DNA of 64,000 nt from Catajapyx aquilonaris (taxonomy: Eukaryota). The translations under genes were made by a program, and so were the position numbers. The DNA lies in assembly GCA_000934665.2 (NCBI GenBank), contig KZ538025.1, forward strand, positions 1 through 64,000, given 5' to 3'. Under the pieces are notes generated by a model. That model did no database searches. It was not told the origin of the DNA and was given only the letters and a program-made list of their open reading frames with translations. Position 1 is the first letter of the stretch. The number at the start of each line of letters is the position of its first letter. Positions 26,632 through 39,079 of this stretch are shown piece after piece.

Positions 26632-28153
26632 CTGGCGGGAGAAAAATTTGACATGTCATAAAAATATGTTAAAAAACATTTTCGATTGTTTAAATTAAGA
26701 TTTTTTTTTTCTGTTGTAAACAAGTTGAAAAACCCGCCGCTTCTGGTGGTACAAGCACAAGTAATTTGGAGCAAGCGAAGGGATCATTAATAATTGGCGG
26801 CCTAAGTTGCTTCCTTTCTATCGACCTCTGACCTGTCTTACATCCTGCTCTGAGCTAAAATAGAGGCGGGCTAGATTGAAAGGAACATTCCGATCGGCTT
26901 GGAGGAGGGGTACCCGAAAAAGGAGGAGTTGCCCTGCTCGCCTTGTAATTAATTAGAACCTGTGTTGTGCCCTCCTCCTCCTTCTCATTACACTAGAGCG
27001 GGCGTCGCCGTGTTGATTTAGATCCCTTCTACAAAGCCTTCCACATTTACTTTAGGGGAATGTCCTTAGGCCCGGGCTCATTTATGCAACGGCAACAATA
27101 CCGTTGAAAATATTCAAATCATATTTGATTTAAATATTCGCACGAAATTATTTGCACTCAATAATTTTTAACACGGACAGTTTCTGATATACCGACTCTA
27201 AGCCCTGTGTTTATTGATCATATATAGAACATAATGCGTTTTTTTGTTTTTTTACATCTGCTTGTTCCACTCAAAAATAGTTCGTCTGTAAGGAAAAACA
27301 ATAATCAAATCCTTAAAAATGACCTTCTGAGACCTCGCATGGCATCAACTTTTCCCAGCCAAAGCTACCAAGCAGCTGCTTTTTTTTTTTTTTCCCACCC
27401 GCTGCTTTCTTTCTGGAATTGCAGTGGGTGGCCTATACAATCCCATCTATATCGAGATTCCTTCAAGAAAACCCCTTCCAACTTTGTCTTGACGCCTTGA
27501 CTTCGGTAGCCCCTTTCCTCCCATGCCCAATTCTAGGGAAAAACAACCAACGGGAGCCAGGGAAATTAATAGGGCCGGCGCTGTGGAAGCCTTTCATTTG
27601 GAGGCTTAACTATCGTCTTGAGGGATTCTTGGAGGGGGGAAAATGTAGTCAAGAAAAAGGACGGAAGATTTCTCTTTTGGCCTCCGCCCACGACACCAAC
27701 AATAGCTGCTTCTTCATTTTTCAATGGCAGGCTTGAACAGTGGGAGAAAAAGTGGTGGTTGTCTGATGGTATACTCCTGTGATTTCTAACCACAACTAAC
27801 TGGGGGTTAAAATTGGGAGACGTTTACAATAATTAACATGTTTTCATGATCGTTTCGAGTGGCAGGGAAATTTCTTTGGTTGTCGTTGCTGTATGCCGAG
27901 AGCATTGTGGCGCAGGTATACCGACAATTGATTTTAATGAATTAATCCAAGTTGAGATTTTTTCGGAAATTTTTTATGTGAAATGCTTCTGACATATTTT
28001 GGAGTATTTATATAGCTTTGGGATTGGATTTAAGAATAAGAAATCCATACCAATCTTAATACTAGGGTATCGGAGATCGTTGAAGGAAATTTTATATAAA
28101 TTTGTACTCATTTTATACGCGTTACGAAACAGGATGATGTTAGTTATATTATA

Positions 28154-28488
28154 CTAGTCACCGGTTGCCAAAATTTGGAAAAATTTGGAAAAAACGCGCA
28201 CCAGGCAGCAGGATCGAAGCGACATCAGACGGTAAATTGCATAAATATGCGAGTCCCGACCAATGAGGTGGCGCCCTGAGCGGCGGAATCGGGAATTCGA
28301 TGGGACTTTCGTTTCCCCTCTTTTTCGGTTTTTTGAATTTTACAAATTCTCTGGGCGCGGTTTCCAAAAAAAACACAAGTTTATTGCAAATGCAGAAAAC
28401 ACGGGCTAAATTTTGACACCACTCCCAATGCTGTAGGCCGTACACAGCGGGAGGAGTTTCCATGACAGTCGGGTTTTAATAATATAAA
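28154..28488 (-). mobile_element. Non-autonomous Helitron-like element in the intron
   Basis: On the minus strand it starts A|TTTATATTATTAAAACCC (like TCTATAT..AAAA Helitron 5' ends with one change) and ends GGCAACCGGTGACTAG|T. It sits at an A|T target with no TSD and has a GC-richer body in an AT-rich context. The 3' hairpin is weak. Confidence 0.5.
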
Positions 28489-28584
28489 TAGTCACATTGG
28501 TAGCGCGTCATGTCAGCATATTTTTAAAGCTTCATAGATAGTCACATTTGTAGCGCGTCATGTCAGCATACTTTTAAAGCTTCA
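28488..28584 (+). repeat. ~50-bp tandem duplication
   Basis: ATAGTCACATT[G/T]GTAGCGCGTCATGTCAGCATA[T/C]TTTTAAAGCTTCA x2, abutting the Helitron-like end. Confidence 0.93.
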
Positions 28585-31500
28585 GATTATTCAAGATTAT
28601 TTTTTGTGATATCGTCGGATAAAGGAATCACTGGGATTCATAGCCATTATTTTAAAATGTGATAATGGTTCCGGCGGATTGCAAATTATTTATAATCAAT
28701 CGAGCAGAATAGATTGAGAATCATTTATGCGGGAAATGTTTGCAATGTTGGTTCTTTTTATTTAAAAATCTTCAATAGTCATAGTCGACTTACATCTTAT
28801 GAACAAAAGAGGCAGTTGAGATGGGACTACGATGTCCCCGGTCGATATCCACCTGCTGCATTTTCCTTAATAAGGGTTATGCATTATCCATGGTGGTAGT
28901 TTTTTTATTATTAATGCTTTTTTTCTGTACAGATGCGGCAAATGACACTTGTTTTGTACTACTCACACTAAATTTATTTGTGACGCGTCCTGTCCGGATT
29001 TTAAAAGCTAGCAAATTTATGACATTTTTGCATTTAGGAATTTCGGATAAAGTAAATATTTCCAATTTCAAGTGGCAAGCACTAGATTATTCTAGATCCC
29101 TTGGAAGATAATTGATATTTTAGTGATATTATGAATTAAATCACTGAAACTGGCATTTGTTAAAATCAAATTGGTGTGGTGAAGTACCTTGAATTAATTC
29201 ATTTTATCAATTTTTCATTTAAGCAATGTATTAGTTTTAAACAGGGCATGATGGGTGTTATTGCGACATTTATATTCTGAAACATTGTGATTAAAAACTA
29301 TTACCCATCGTAACCCTGTGCCTATTTTAGGATGAAAGGCTATGCCGGGCCGTCCTTCTTAAACTTAAATTTAACTGTGCCTATTTGAAATCGGAAAAAT
29401 TATTATTTAACGTATTTTCTAGATATATTGCAAGTATTTTCTAATTCTTACATCTATCAGTTTTGTAATATGGTAATGCAACTTTGTATCTCATTGAACT
29501 TTACACATAAGTTTATAATTTTTACGGTGTAGGCATACTGTAACGACGCAATAAGTGTAACAACCTGATGCATATTTAAATATTCATCATTCAATTTAAT
29601 AATAAACCTGAACGTGTATTTCATGTTGCCGAGCCCGTATAGTGTCGTGTATATGAATAGTGCATAGCGGTATAGTGTCGTGCGGTGTTGTGTGAGTATA
29701 CATAGGCCTACATTCGGCTTTGCATAAATTGTACGTCGATTTTGTTATTGATCAGAAATTCATGGGAATGAATGGTTTGGTCTCATTTCCACGTTAATAA
29801 AGCGGTCGGTAATACATGGAGTTAGGATTTTTAGGCAAATAGCGTACATATTTACGCTTTACAGTTGGGATGGTTTTGTGAAGAGATTTTATCAGTTTCG
29901 ACATCAGCGCAGGATGTGGAAAATCTAGGTTTTATTAGTGCCCAAAATAACATATTTCGTGGTTTTGTGAACTACTTCGCATTATTCTGGTTTTTTGCGA
30001 CTTTTCATGCCTATTTGGCCTTTTTGGGGGGCTAGTTTTTGAACCTTTTAAAGCAATTTAGGTACTTTTTGGGCCTATTCTGGACCGTCAAGGCATGTTT
30101 GTTTTTGCGGAGTATTTTTTGTGATCCTGAAAGGACCAAAATGGTTAAAAGTAATTAATCCTACTAATGAAAATCAAGAAAAATATTTGGTAATACACTG
30201 TGCAAGTGTAAACGGGATCGAGTCCAGAGTACTGACTACTGAAGCGTAATATTTGCTTGCACTTTTTCAGTGCCCAAGTTTTGTGATTTTGTCAGTTGAT
30301 CATTATTATTCGGTTTTTGCTGTTTATTGTGATGAGGCATTTATCCCATTACAAAGTTGTCCCATCTTTTGTAGATTCATAATTATGTGTAAGTTACAGT
30401 ATTACTTTCAGCTTAAATTCCCGTTATAACATCATTGAGATTTTCCATTCAGTCTTTTTCGCTCAGCTCCTTTTTGTTTCAACTTATTCTTTCTCTCCCA
30501 ATGGAAAATAAAATCGATAAAAATAGCAAATATTTCGGGTTAACTGTATGGTACTTATAATGTATGTATGGCTACAATAGTTTATTCATTAGATTAATGA
30601 ATTTGCTGATTACTGCTTTAATAGCAAAAAGCTGTAATTGCATTTAACTATATGATGCAGTAGTTTGATTACTGGATATAAGTAGCATTACTTCAAGCTA
30701 AATATGTAATATGCTTATTGCTACAACAGCAGATGTGAGTTGGTTATACATGCGAAATATCATGTACAGTAAAATGTTAGAATATTTTGACAGTTTCATT
30801 GTCTCTCAGTAAGATAACACTACTGTGAAGAGTTTCGCGTGAGCCAACCACTTATGTTATGTTTTGAGTGTATAATTTTTCACGTCTGGACTTATTAGCC
30901 CTGAATACGTTTCAACAGCCTATCTGAAAATCTACAAAATGTCCGTCAGGCTAAGCGGCAGTCAAGTAGGCAAGCTTTGTTTATCCTTGAACAAAAATTG
31001 CATGTTGATTACACTGAATCGCCTGCTTCCTTCGAACATTTAGGAGCCAATTTTATGAAACCAAATCAGGATATGTATTCACAATGAACAATCCGATGTA
31101 ATCACTCCTAAAATTGCGGTCATACCGGAGTATTTTGCATGTCAATTAAAATTCAAAAATTGTCTTAATTCCTTTTCAAGAATTTGAATGCATGCTGCCA
31201 CCGACTTGTCCATTTTAAACATCCGTTTCCGCAAGTGCCGTGGGCGTGATCAGCAGTAAACCAACCATTCATGCAACAGCTCTCTCTTTTGGTCAGACCA
31301 AACCCATCCCTGATAACACGTCAGAAACTAAATGTTACCTCATCAGCACAACCAAATTGGGCTGTAGAACCAAGAGTGGGCGAAATTGCACCCTTAGCAC
31401 AGGTAAACTGAACCTCCACCTGCTCCACTCTCCCCCACAATTAATGAACATCAACTAGGCGACACTTGCAGGCCGATACTTTTAAAAAATGGCGCACTTT

Positions 31501-34500
31501 TCTCATGTCAGTTGTCGGCCCGGGGTCCATCACAGGGCTGGACAACCTTGTTTAGGAGATAACAAGGTCAGAAAACAAGAGAAAGAAGGAATCCTTGGGT
31601 GCGCTTTGCGTGTTAGTTTGGGTGCCTTTGCGTGGAAGACCCATCTTGTACTTGTGCTTGTCTTTGTTTCGATGCCTTGTTACCTTAGGTGCAGCTGTGG
31701 TCGCTTCGGGGGTGTCGGTCGCTTTGCTGTTAAACGCGATATGAAATGCGTGCAGGATGCGACCTCTGACATCCAAGGTTACGGGCATGTCAAAATTTGA
31801 GCCCAATAATAGGTGCTGTCAACGTTGGGAAGTATAAACCTCTTTGTATTATTGTTCAGACATTGACTTTTATAGCTATCGCATCGTTGGTGTAATTAAT
31901 AGTGCTATTTTCCACTCATTGTGACCGTGCCTAATTTTTTTTGAAGGTGTGTGGACTTGCTTGACTAATTGGATTCACCACGTTAGTGTGCAATTGCAAG
32001 CATAATTTATGCCACCATTGTGAGCCTACATGCAGTTATATGCCTGTGAGTTGTGATGATATATTTACAGCCATTTTTATTAATGATATATTGACATTGA
32101 ATGTAGGCAGGTGTGATAGATATTTACAGAAACTTTTAGAGCTGCACCTTAACACATTCAGGTAATATTTTCCAGCTCTGTGGACTAACCAAAGGCACCG
32201 AAATCCGGCATATGCCAAAGTTGCGTGTCTACCCGTGAGGTGCCCAAACCTGACCGGTCAGGTTATCTCGGTGCAGTATGATGATGATGCTGGCGGCGAA
32301 GTGAAAGGGGAAGGGAAAGAAAGGGGAAGGAATAAGGGGAAGAAAACGATAGTGAAAGGATCCTCCAGGTGTATAGCATTGGTTAAAAGAAAGTGTTGCA
32401 TCGTGAATATTTTGTGTAAAATTAAATTCAGCTTCATACTTTATAGACCCATTTGCCAAGATAAACAGATTTGAACATTTTTGTATATCTTCACAAATTT
32501 TAAATTGCGAATTTGATGCCTCGTTCTTGTCTGGTGTTATCGTGTTAAAAGTCACCTGACGTGATTACTGCTTCCATCCAAACTGTTTATGGGCAGAAGA
32601 GAGCGTAAAGTTAAAAGTGTACAGCAGTGTTAAAAGTCCGTTTGGGTGTTCGTCCTGTATATTAAGACCAGCATTTTAATTTTAGTGACATCCAGCTCTG
32701 TCGTGACAGAGCAGCCATACGAATGGACCAATTTTCTCAATTTTCAACTGATGGCAATATAAATAAATAACTATTTTTGCAGCTAATTTGTTATAAAGTT
32801 AGTTCTGTTCCATCCAGTTAGGCCATCATGTTACTTCCAACACCCGCTCCAGTATCTTCTAGTAAGGTCTGAGCACCAGCTTTGATTAATCGTAAGGTCG
32901 GCACTTGACTGCCCTGCAAGCTTAGAAGAACGAGTAACGTTTTCATGCTTGCTAATCGCCTCTTTTGTCGGCGCCTCGCTCTGAAACCTCAATTGAAAAA
33001 TGTCCTTTGTACAACAACCATGGCGAACTAAAATTAACTGGAGTTGTGCAGTTGACACTTTTTTTTTTTCTAACTATCATCCCTAGCCCGCACACCTTCC
33101 GGAGTTCTTGTACCTGTGTGGCACCCTTTTCTTAGTCCAGCACGGTGTCTTTCAAGCGAACCCAAAGGCCTCTATTGTGCGTTGTCAGAAGGGCTTGTCT
33201 AGGGGGGTTCACGTGGCCGTTAGCGAGATAGGAGGCTGCCGGTGTATGGTAAGAAGAAGGCCATCCCGGGGAGTGAGGGGGTTGAAAAATGTTGGTCCGG
33301 GCTGAAGAATGGGGACGGTTTTTTCGTGGGAATGAGGTGATGAGTACGCACGAATTAAAGCTGGTCGGGACAACCTGCGACAAATAGCCACACTGGAAGT
33401 GAATTTTAACAATGGTTATCCAAAATTTGTGATTTATATCAAATTGAATTTTTTTGGGGGGACACAGGTAGGGGGAGGACCAAAATTATTGCCCCATAAA
33501 GAGCGAATGATATAATATTTCTTAGGGTCCAGAGTGGATGCTGGTCTCGTACGTATGAAGATATTTCCAGGTTTTGACACCGACATGGGAACACACGTAC
33601 AGCACATATCAGAGATACATAATTCATTAATCAACGGGAATCTTGGGGGATGCCCACTCCCGCCACTTAGATGATCCCGCCCTTCCTATCCGTGGGGTAT
33701 AGGCGTTGACGCTTTCGGGATGAGGCTGGAGGATTGGGAAGGGTGGGAACTGCCATCGTGCTCATGGGTCAGAGTTGAAAGCATTAAGTGAGAGGTGGAT
33801 GGAACTGGACACTTTCCCACGGGTTGGTGTTGTCCGAGTGTTGCGGTCTAAGATTTACGGTTACTTTTTTGCATAAATGATATGCGTTATATTCTGGCGA
33901 TCACTTTTGGGTGTTGGATATTGTTTACTGACAAAAGTGTGTAAAATTATGGATGGTTGGAGAGCCGTGAAATTGGTGGATGACTAAATGCAGGAACTGG
34001 GATCGACTGATTTGATTATCAATGGCACTGCGAGTATGTTTATTAGAAGGTGGGGTTGTAATTTCAAAGACCTTATAAACAATATGAATTTATGTGAAAG
34101 AAGTTTCGTTTCCTTTCATCATGCTACACGCATTTATACTATTTGGCTTCAATTTAATACGCTCATTATTCAAATCAGTAATATGTATAATGATATGGAT
34201 GGACATGATTAGCATTCTATGCAGCATTAGTGCAGCTTACAACCAGAGTAACAATCTGCATCGTAAAACAGATCAGTGCACTTATCATTTAGAAAATGTT
34301 TTCAATATGATGTTTTCAAATGTAAACAAAGTACCCTCCTTTCGACTCCTCTGGTGGTTCATTTTTTTGCCGTGCTAAGATTCACCCAAGGCGTTTAGAT
34401 GCGTGATTAAAATTCATTTATGACCAAGTATTTTTACTGTCACCTTGGACTGGGCATAAAAGGACGCCACCAAAGTAGGGTGCCATTTGTTTACGGGGCG

Positions 34501-34918
34501 TAATCATTAAACATTTCTGAATCACTCTGCAACCTGCCCTGCTAAAGGTGGGTATGAATATTAAAATGGCATTAATTTTAGTTATATCTGTTTGTGCGAG
34601 AATTACTTTACATATATGGAATCAAATCCTTCAGTTTATTATTCAAATGTACTGTATATTTGTGTATGGTTAAAAGACGTTATTGACCCTTCAGTAGTAA
34701 ATTAGTGACGCTTAAAATTGATATTGTCACTTAATAATCCACATGAATACATTTCAAAAAAATAAAATACCCCATTTATTAGTAAAATAATTTTTATATA
34801 TTTTTAACCAGTAGGTAAAATATGTGGTTGAATTTTAATAACTTGACTGGCGAAATTGTGATCTCACACTGTTAGTCAGTAGAGCATGAAAAATGAGTTT
34901 GTTTTTCTTTTTCTTTAC

Positions 34919-35922
34919 CTGTGATCTCGAAGGTGGTCCTGTCTCCTGAAGGCCTTTCCACATATGTCACACGAGTACGGCCTCTCGTCTGTGTGTGTTC
35001 TCTCGTGGATGAGCAGATTGTAGGACTTGGTGAACTGGCGGCTGCAGAATTTGCAAATAAATTGCTTCTTGGGCCTAGATGACCGCGGGGCACTGCTTCC
35101 TCGCAAGAGTAGGCGACGTTGATAGTTGGCCATGGGCACTGCCAACATGGAGTTTTGATACATTGCGTTCATCAAAAGTCCCTGATATGTCTCTTGACTT
35201 AACATTGGGAAGGTCAAGGGGAGAGAGGCAGAATCCCCTGATGTTGATGGAACGTTGTCACCAGTGGGAGGTGCCTCGGTTTTGTCACTCGTTTTGGACA
35301 TATCTACCGATTGTGCGACACTGTCTGTATTGGTGTGGGTTGAAGTTCGGAGTGACGTCGATGACACGACAGTAGTGGTGGAGTTAGTGGGTTCTCGCGT
35401 TAGCTTGGACGAATTGTTAACAGGCAAATGAGAGTCTGTTTTACCAGCCCCGTGAGTGTTGTTGGTAACCGACGTTGCACTTGCTGATGATGGCTTGCTA
35501 GACGAGTCCCCACTTTGTATGCTGGACGATAATCTCTGCAGAGCCAGGTATGACTCGATGGCTTGAAGATTAACCGCTGCTGCTGACACCCGGGATATTG
35601 AGGGCAGAAGAGCAGCAGCGGTGGTGGTTGTTGATGGCAGCATCGAGGTGCCCATTGGTATCCCACTCTGGTTGAACGAGAACGGCAGGAGGGCTCCAGG
35701 CATCGAAAATAGTGGCGAGAGATGACGTATATCTTTGTTGCCCGTCTTTGCCCGCTGTTGCTGTTGTTGCTGTTGCTGTTGCGACGACTTCTTTCGCTTC
35801 TGTTGCTCCTCCTGCTGCTGTTGCTGCAAAGCCTGCAGCTGCAACTGAAACTGCAACTGCAACGCGCTCAGGGTCTGAAACCCCGACCCTAGGTCGCTCA
35901 AATTGAACTTGTCCTCACTCAT
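34919..35922 (-). CDS. sob: Odd-skipped family zinc-finger transcription factor (sob-like), first coding exon: polyQ/Ser-Thr-rich N-terminus, ZF1 and most of ZF2
   Basis: The 335-aa ORF MSEDKF... ends in [53 protein letters not shown], the hallmark odd/sob/bowl/Osr finger array. There is an in-frame TGA 9 codons upstream of the ATG (35922), and the splice donor CAG|GTAAAG lies at 34919/34918. Family assignment is certain; the sob (vs bowl/odd) call rests on recalled diagnostic residues and domain layout. Confidence 0.93.
35755..35826 (-). repeat. Coding CAG/CAA (polyQ/opa) repeat flanking a KRKK basic motif
   Basis: [24 protein letters not shown] in the N-terminus, seen as (TGC/TGT)n on the + strand. 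Confidence 0.9.
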
Positions 35923-36025
35923 GACAGCAACGCCATTGTCACTAGGTCACGCGCAATCCACGTGCCGCACCCACCACACCGCGTCCCTTCAGCAACCATC
36001 CACCCCTCACCGCACACGTACACAC
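35923..36025 (-). other. 5' UTR portion of the first coding exon (implies an unlocated upstream exon)
   Basis: Strong acceptor TTTTTTTGGGTTTTGTTCCAACAG|GTGTG with the exon starting at 36025, and an in-frame stop before the ATG at 35922. Confidence 0.6.
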
Positions 36026-38984
36026 CTGTTGGAACAAAACCCAAAAAAACCAGCATAAAAAACCTTTCCAACGCTGATTGCCCCCCTTGTCAGTCACAGA
36101 TGTCGCTTCCTTCGACCTCCCCCCATTTTACCCCCCTTTCACCCCGCCATCTACCAACCTTACACCGGGTGCCCTCCGGCTATCCAGCAGCCTACAGGTC
36201 CTCCGATTGTCGCCGGATTAGGAGATGAAGAGGAGACCAACGCCACATCCATCCTCAGAGGCTGCCTGGGCTCAAATCGGCGGGCCCAACCTCGCCGCGC
36301 CTCGCCGCTTCGGCCTCGAACCAGTTCTCGCTCACCTTCTCCAAGATATTGGTTGGTTCTTCAACCCAGCTGGTTAGGGCCAGCATCCTGCCAGGGCTCT
36401 TGGGATGGGTGTCCAGGATGGGTTTGCCAATATCACCATCGCTATCACGATTGTGATGAAACAGATAGTTGGGGATAAGGAGGGGGAAGAAGATGGTTAT
36501 GCTGTAGGGAGGAGCCTGGGATAAGAAGCGTTGGTTGGATGAGAAAAGGCTGAAGATGTTGGGCTGGTGCTTGTCATAGAAAATTTTAAGCTGGAGAGAT
36601 TATAATGCAAGGGGATGATTATGGGAGTGGTCCATAGGGTGCTGCCATCTACCTCTTATTATAGGGTGATATGAAATTTACGGGCTGTCACTTTCAGTAC
36701 CTTATTTTTCAGATATGATCGAGCGTCTTAATTCAACTGACTAAGACATTCTTACGACTGGGGGCAAGCCCAGTTTTATTTCTAGACATCCATCGGGATT
36801 GGAGCGCTTGAATGGAATTCGCAACGACCCCGAGGTGAAATTTCGCAATCGTGGCATCTAATAGGCAGGTATAGGTAGCTCAGACGTGGGTGAGACCACG
36901 TCACCTGTGCAATTTATACTTGAACCCGAAAGAAAGGAGTCCTTGAGCGGTGTCTCAAGACATGACATTGGGGGCCACAACCTGCCATATTCTATAGAGT
37001 CTGCGAAATTAATTTCGCCATCTACCATTATGAATTTTGCATCAGGATGCAACGGCCATTTGGTCAATCGGAGCGGATAACGAGCCTATTCATAGATATT
37101 ATGATGACCCGATAGAAGTGTTGGTTTGATTGTGGGTGAAGCTGCATCGGTGGTCCGCAAAGGGTACCGGTTTCTCTCGTGCCAAAGGGATGATGGCAGG
37201 TCGTAACCGTCGACGAGGTGTGTCCATCATTTATTTGTTGCCCCAGCATATTTCTTTTATCGCCAGTTATCGAGACTGGTTTGCCATTTACGGATGTCTC
37301 TCAGGATCATTACCGTCTGCACAATTCAGCTGTGACCGTTTACAGTAATATGGCTTTGACATTATTTTGTAGTAGTCATGCACCGTTGTTTGGGCGGATG
37401 AAAGTGGTTGGAGGCTTCTCTTTGCTTGCTGTCTGATCTTTCTCTCTCTGGAATAATGCATGTATGTGGCGCCTGACCTCAGAGCCACATTTGTCCCCAT
37501 TCCCAGGAGTAGATGCGAGCAAAGAAGGATGCTGGCCTGGTTCCCATAGTTTTCCAGAGAAGATGGGTGCGCGAAGATGCAGCACAGCCTCATAAATGCC
37601 TACACACGTGTGTGCACAGTTGGATGATTTCGCAACCTACTTCAAATCGGCGTTACGTTCGCGTAACGCAAGCGTTACGGCGCAATTTATTTGATTTATT
37701 AACTTTCTCCATGCGATTACACTAACCTGATTATGCTGTGTGCATGCCATGGTAATATATCCCCACCACATCTTTGCTGCTTTTCCGTCACAAATTCCCC
37801 ACAAAAACCCATGCGGTGCAGGCGTAAATTATAACTTTATGAGTAATATTTTTCCTCCGCACTGCCACTCAGTTCAGTTGTAATAGATTCACTAATCACA
37901 AGCACATCCCTCACTGTTAATGTTCTTCGCGTGAGGTTTATGGCGTGCAGTTTGGAAGAAATAAACCTTTGAGCATATAAAGATAATGGGCATCTGAGTG
38001 GAAATTACATATACCCAATGAAGGCAAGGAGCTAAGAACTACGCTGTAAAACTGTCCCAGCTCAAACATGACTTATATTTTGACACGCCGTTTTAATTGA
38101 TTAGCATTGTTTACTGGACGTAAGACGCCGTTGGAAGATGGACAGCACCTTTAGAAGAGTTATGACGTCGAAGGATGGTGACATTTTTCATTAGTAGTAT
38201 ATCATAATCTCCGGTGTGGTTTGCTGCACTCTTTTCTAGTGGAGGTCCAGTCAGGCCGCACAGGGGGTTCCTTTGAAATTTATTTCGCCGTCTTCAAATG
38301 AGCCCCCCATGTTTACTAAACAGTCACTGCAGGGTTTGGAGCCGTCTTAGCAGCAGGACTTAATAAAGTGGACTTTTGGGAGGGTAAATCGGCGGGGATT
38401 CCAAGCAGAGCGATTTAGATTTTCAGGTGAATTATTATGAATTATTTTTAGCGGGTGCAATGAAAATTTTTGATTAGACGTGACAAAATGATCAGGCGTC
38501 TCCAACCATACTCCAGGACAAATGTGGGTACTAAATGCTAGGTAATGGCGCACACTGGCTAAAATTGCTCCACGCCTCTTTGTATGCAACAGTTAATTTC
38601 TGGCGGCATTCCATTTCCCTGAAGCCACCGCAAAGGCTTGGGCCCCAATAGGCGGCACATCTGCTCTCGGCATGGAGCCTCACATTTCATACCCTCCTCC
38701 GCCTTATTCTTTTTCCGCGCCCAATAAAACCTTGGGAACCATTTTGTAATGCACACAAATAAGGAATACCCCGGCCAGTAGGATTATGCTAATAGGTAAG
38801 TGGGTGAAAATGGTCTGTTCCCAGCGAGAACCAAAATTAGCAGAAGGAATTTTTTGGGGGCCACCATTTTCAGGACCACCTCACCGCATGCAGAAGGCCT
38901 CATGTTGAGTAGCAATCTACACGCTATGAAGCAGCATATTGGTGGAAGATTTGTTCGCGTCATGTCATCTAAAGTCACCTGAAA

Positions 38985-39079
38985 CCGTTGACGGCCGTTG
39001 ACGGCCGTTGACGGCTGTTGACGGCCAGTGACGGCCGTTGGTGGCGCTTGGCGGCGCGGCGGTTGGCGGCGGTTGACGG
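38985..39079 (+). repeat. 10-bp minisatellite (CCGTTGACGG)n decaying into GGC-rich units
   Basis: Three perfect units, three variant units (CTGTTGACGG, CCAGTGACGG, CCGTTGGTGG), then a degenerate tail. Confidence 0.92.

Larger units (their letters stand above)
26632..34918 (-). other. Phase-2 spliceosomal intron (~8.3 kb) interrupting zinc finger 2
   Basis: GT at 34918-34917 and AG at 26633-26632 on the minus strand. The reading frame and finger consensus are restored exactly on splicing. Confidence 0.92.

Noticed and set aside
26632..26774. N-terminal part of the 196-aa ORF (MLQITCAC...SNFSPA)
   Set aside because: Intronic read-through upstream of the splice acceptor; homology begins exactly at the AG|G junction.
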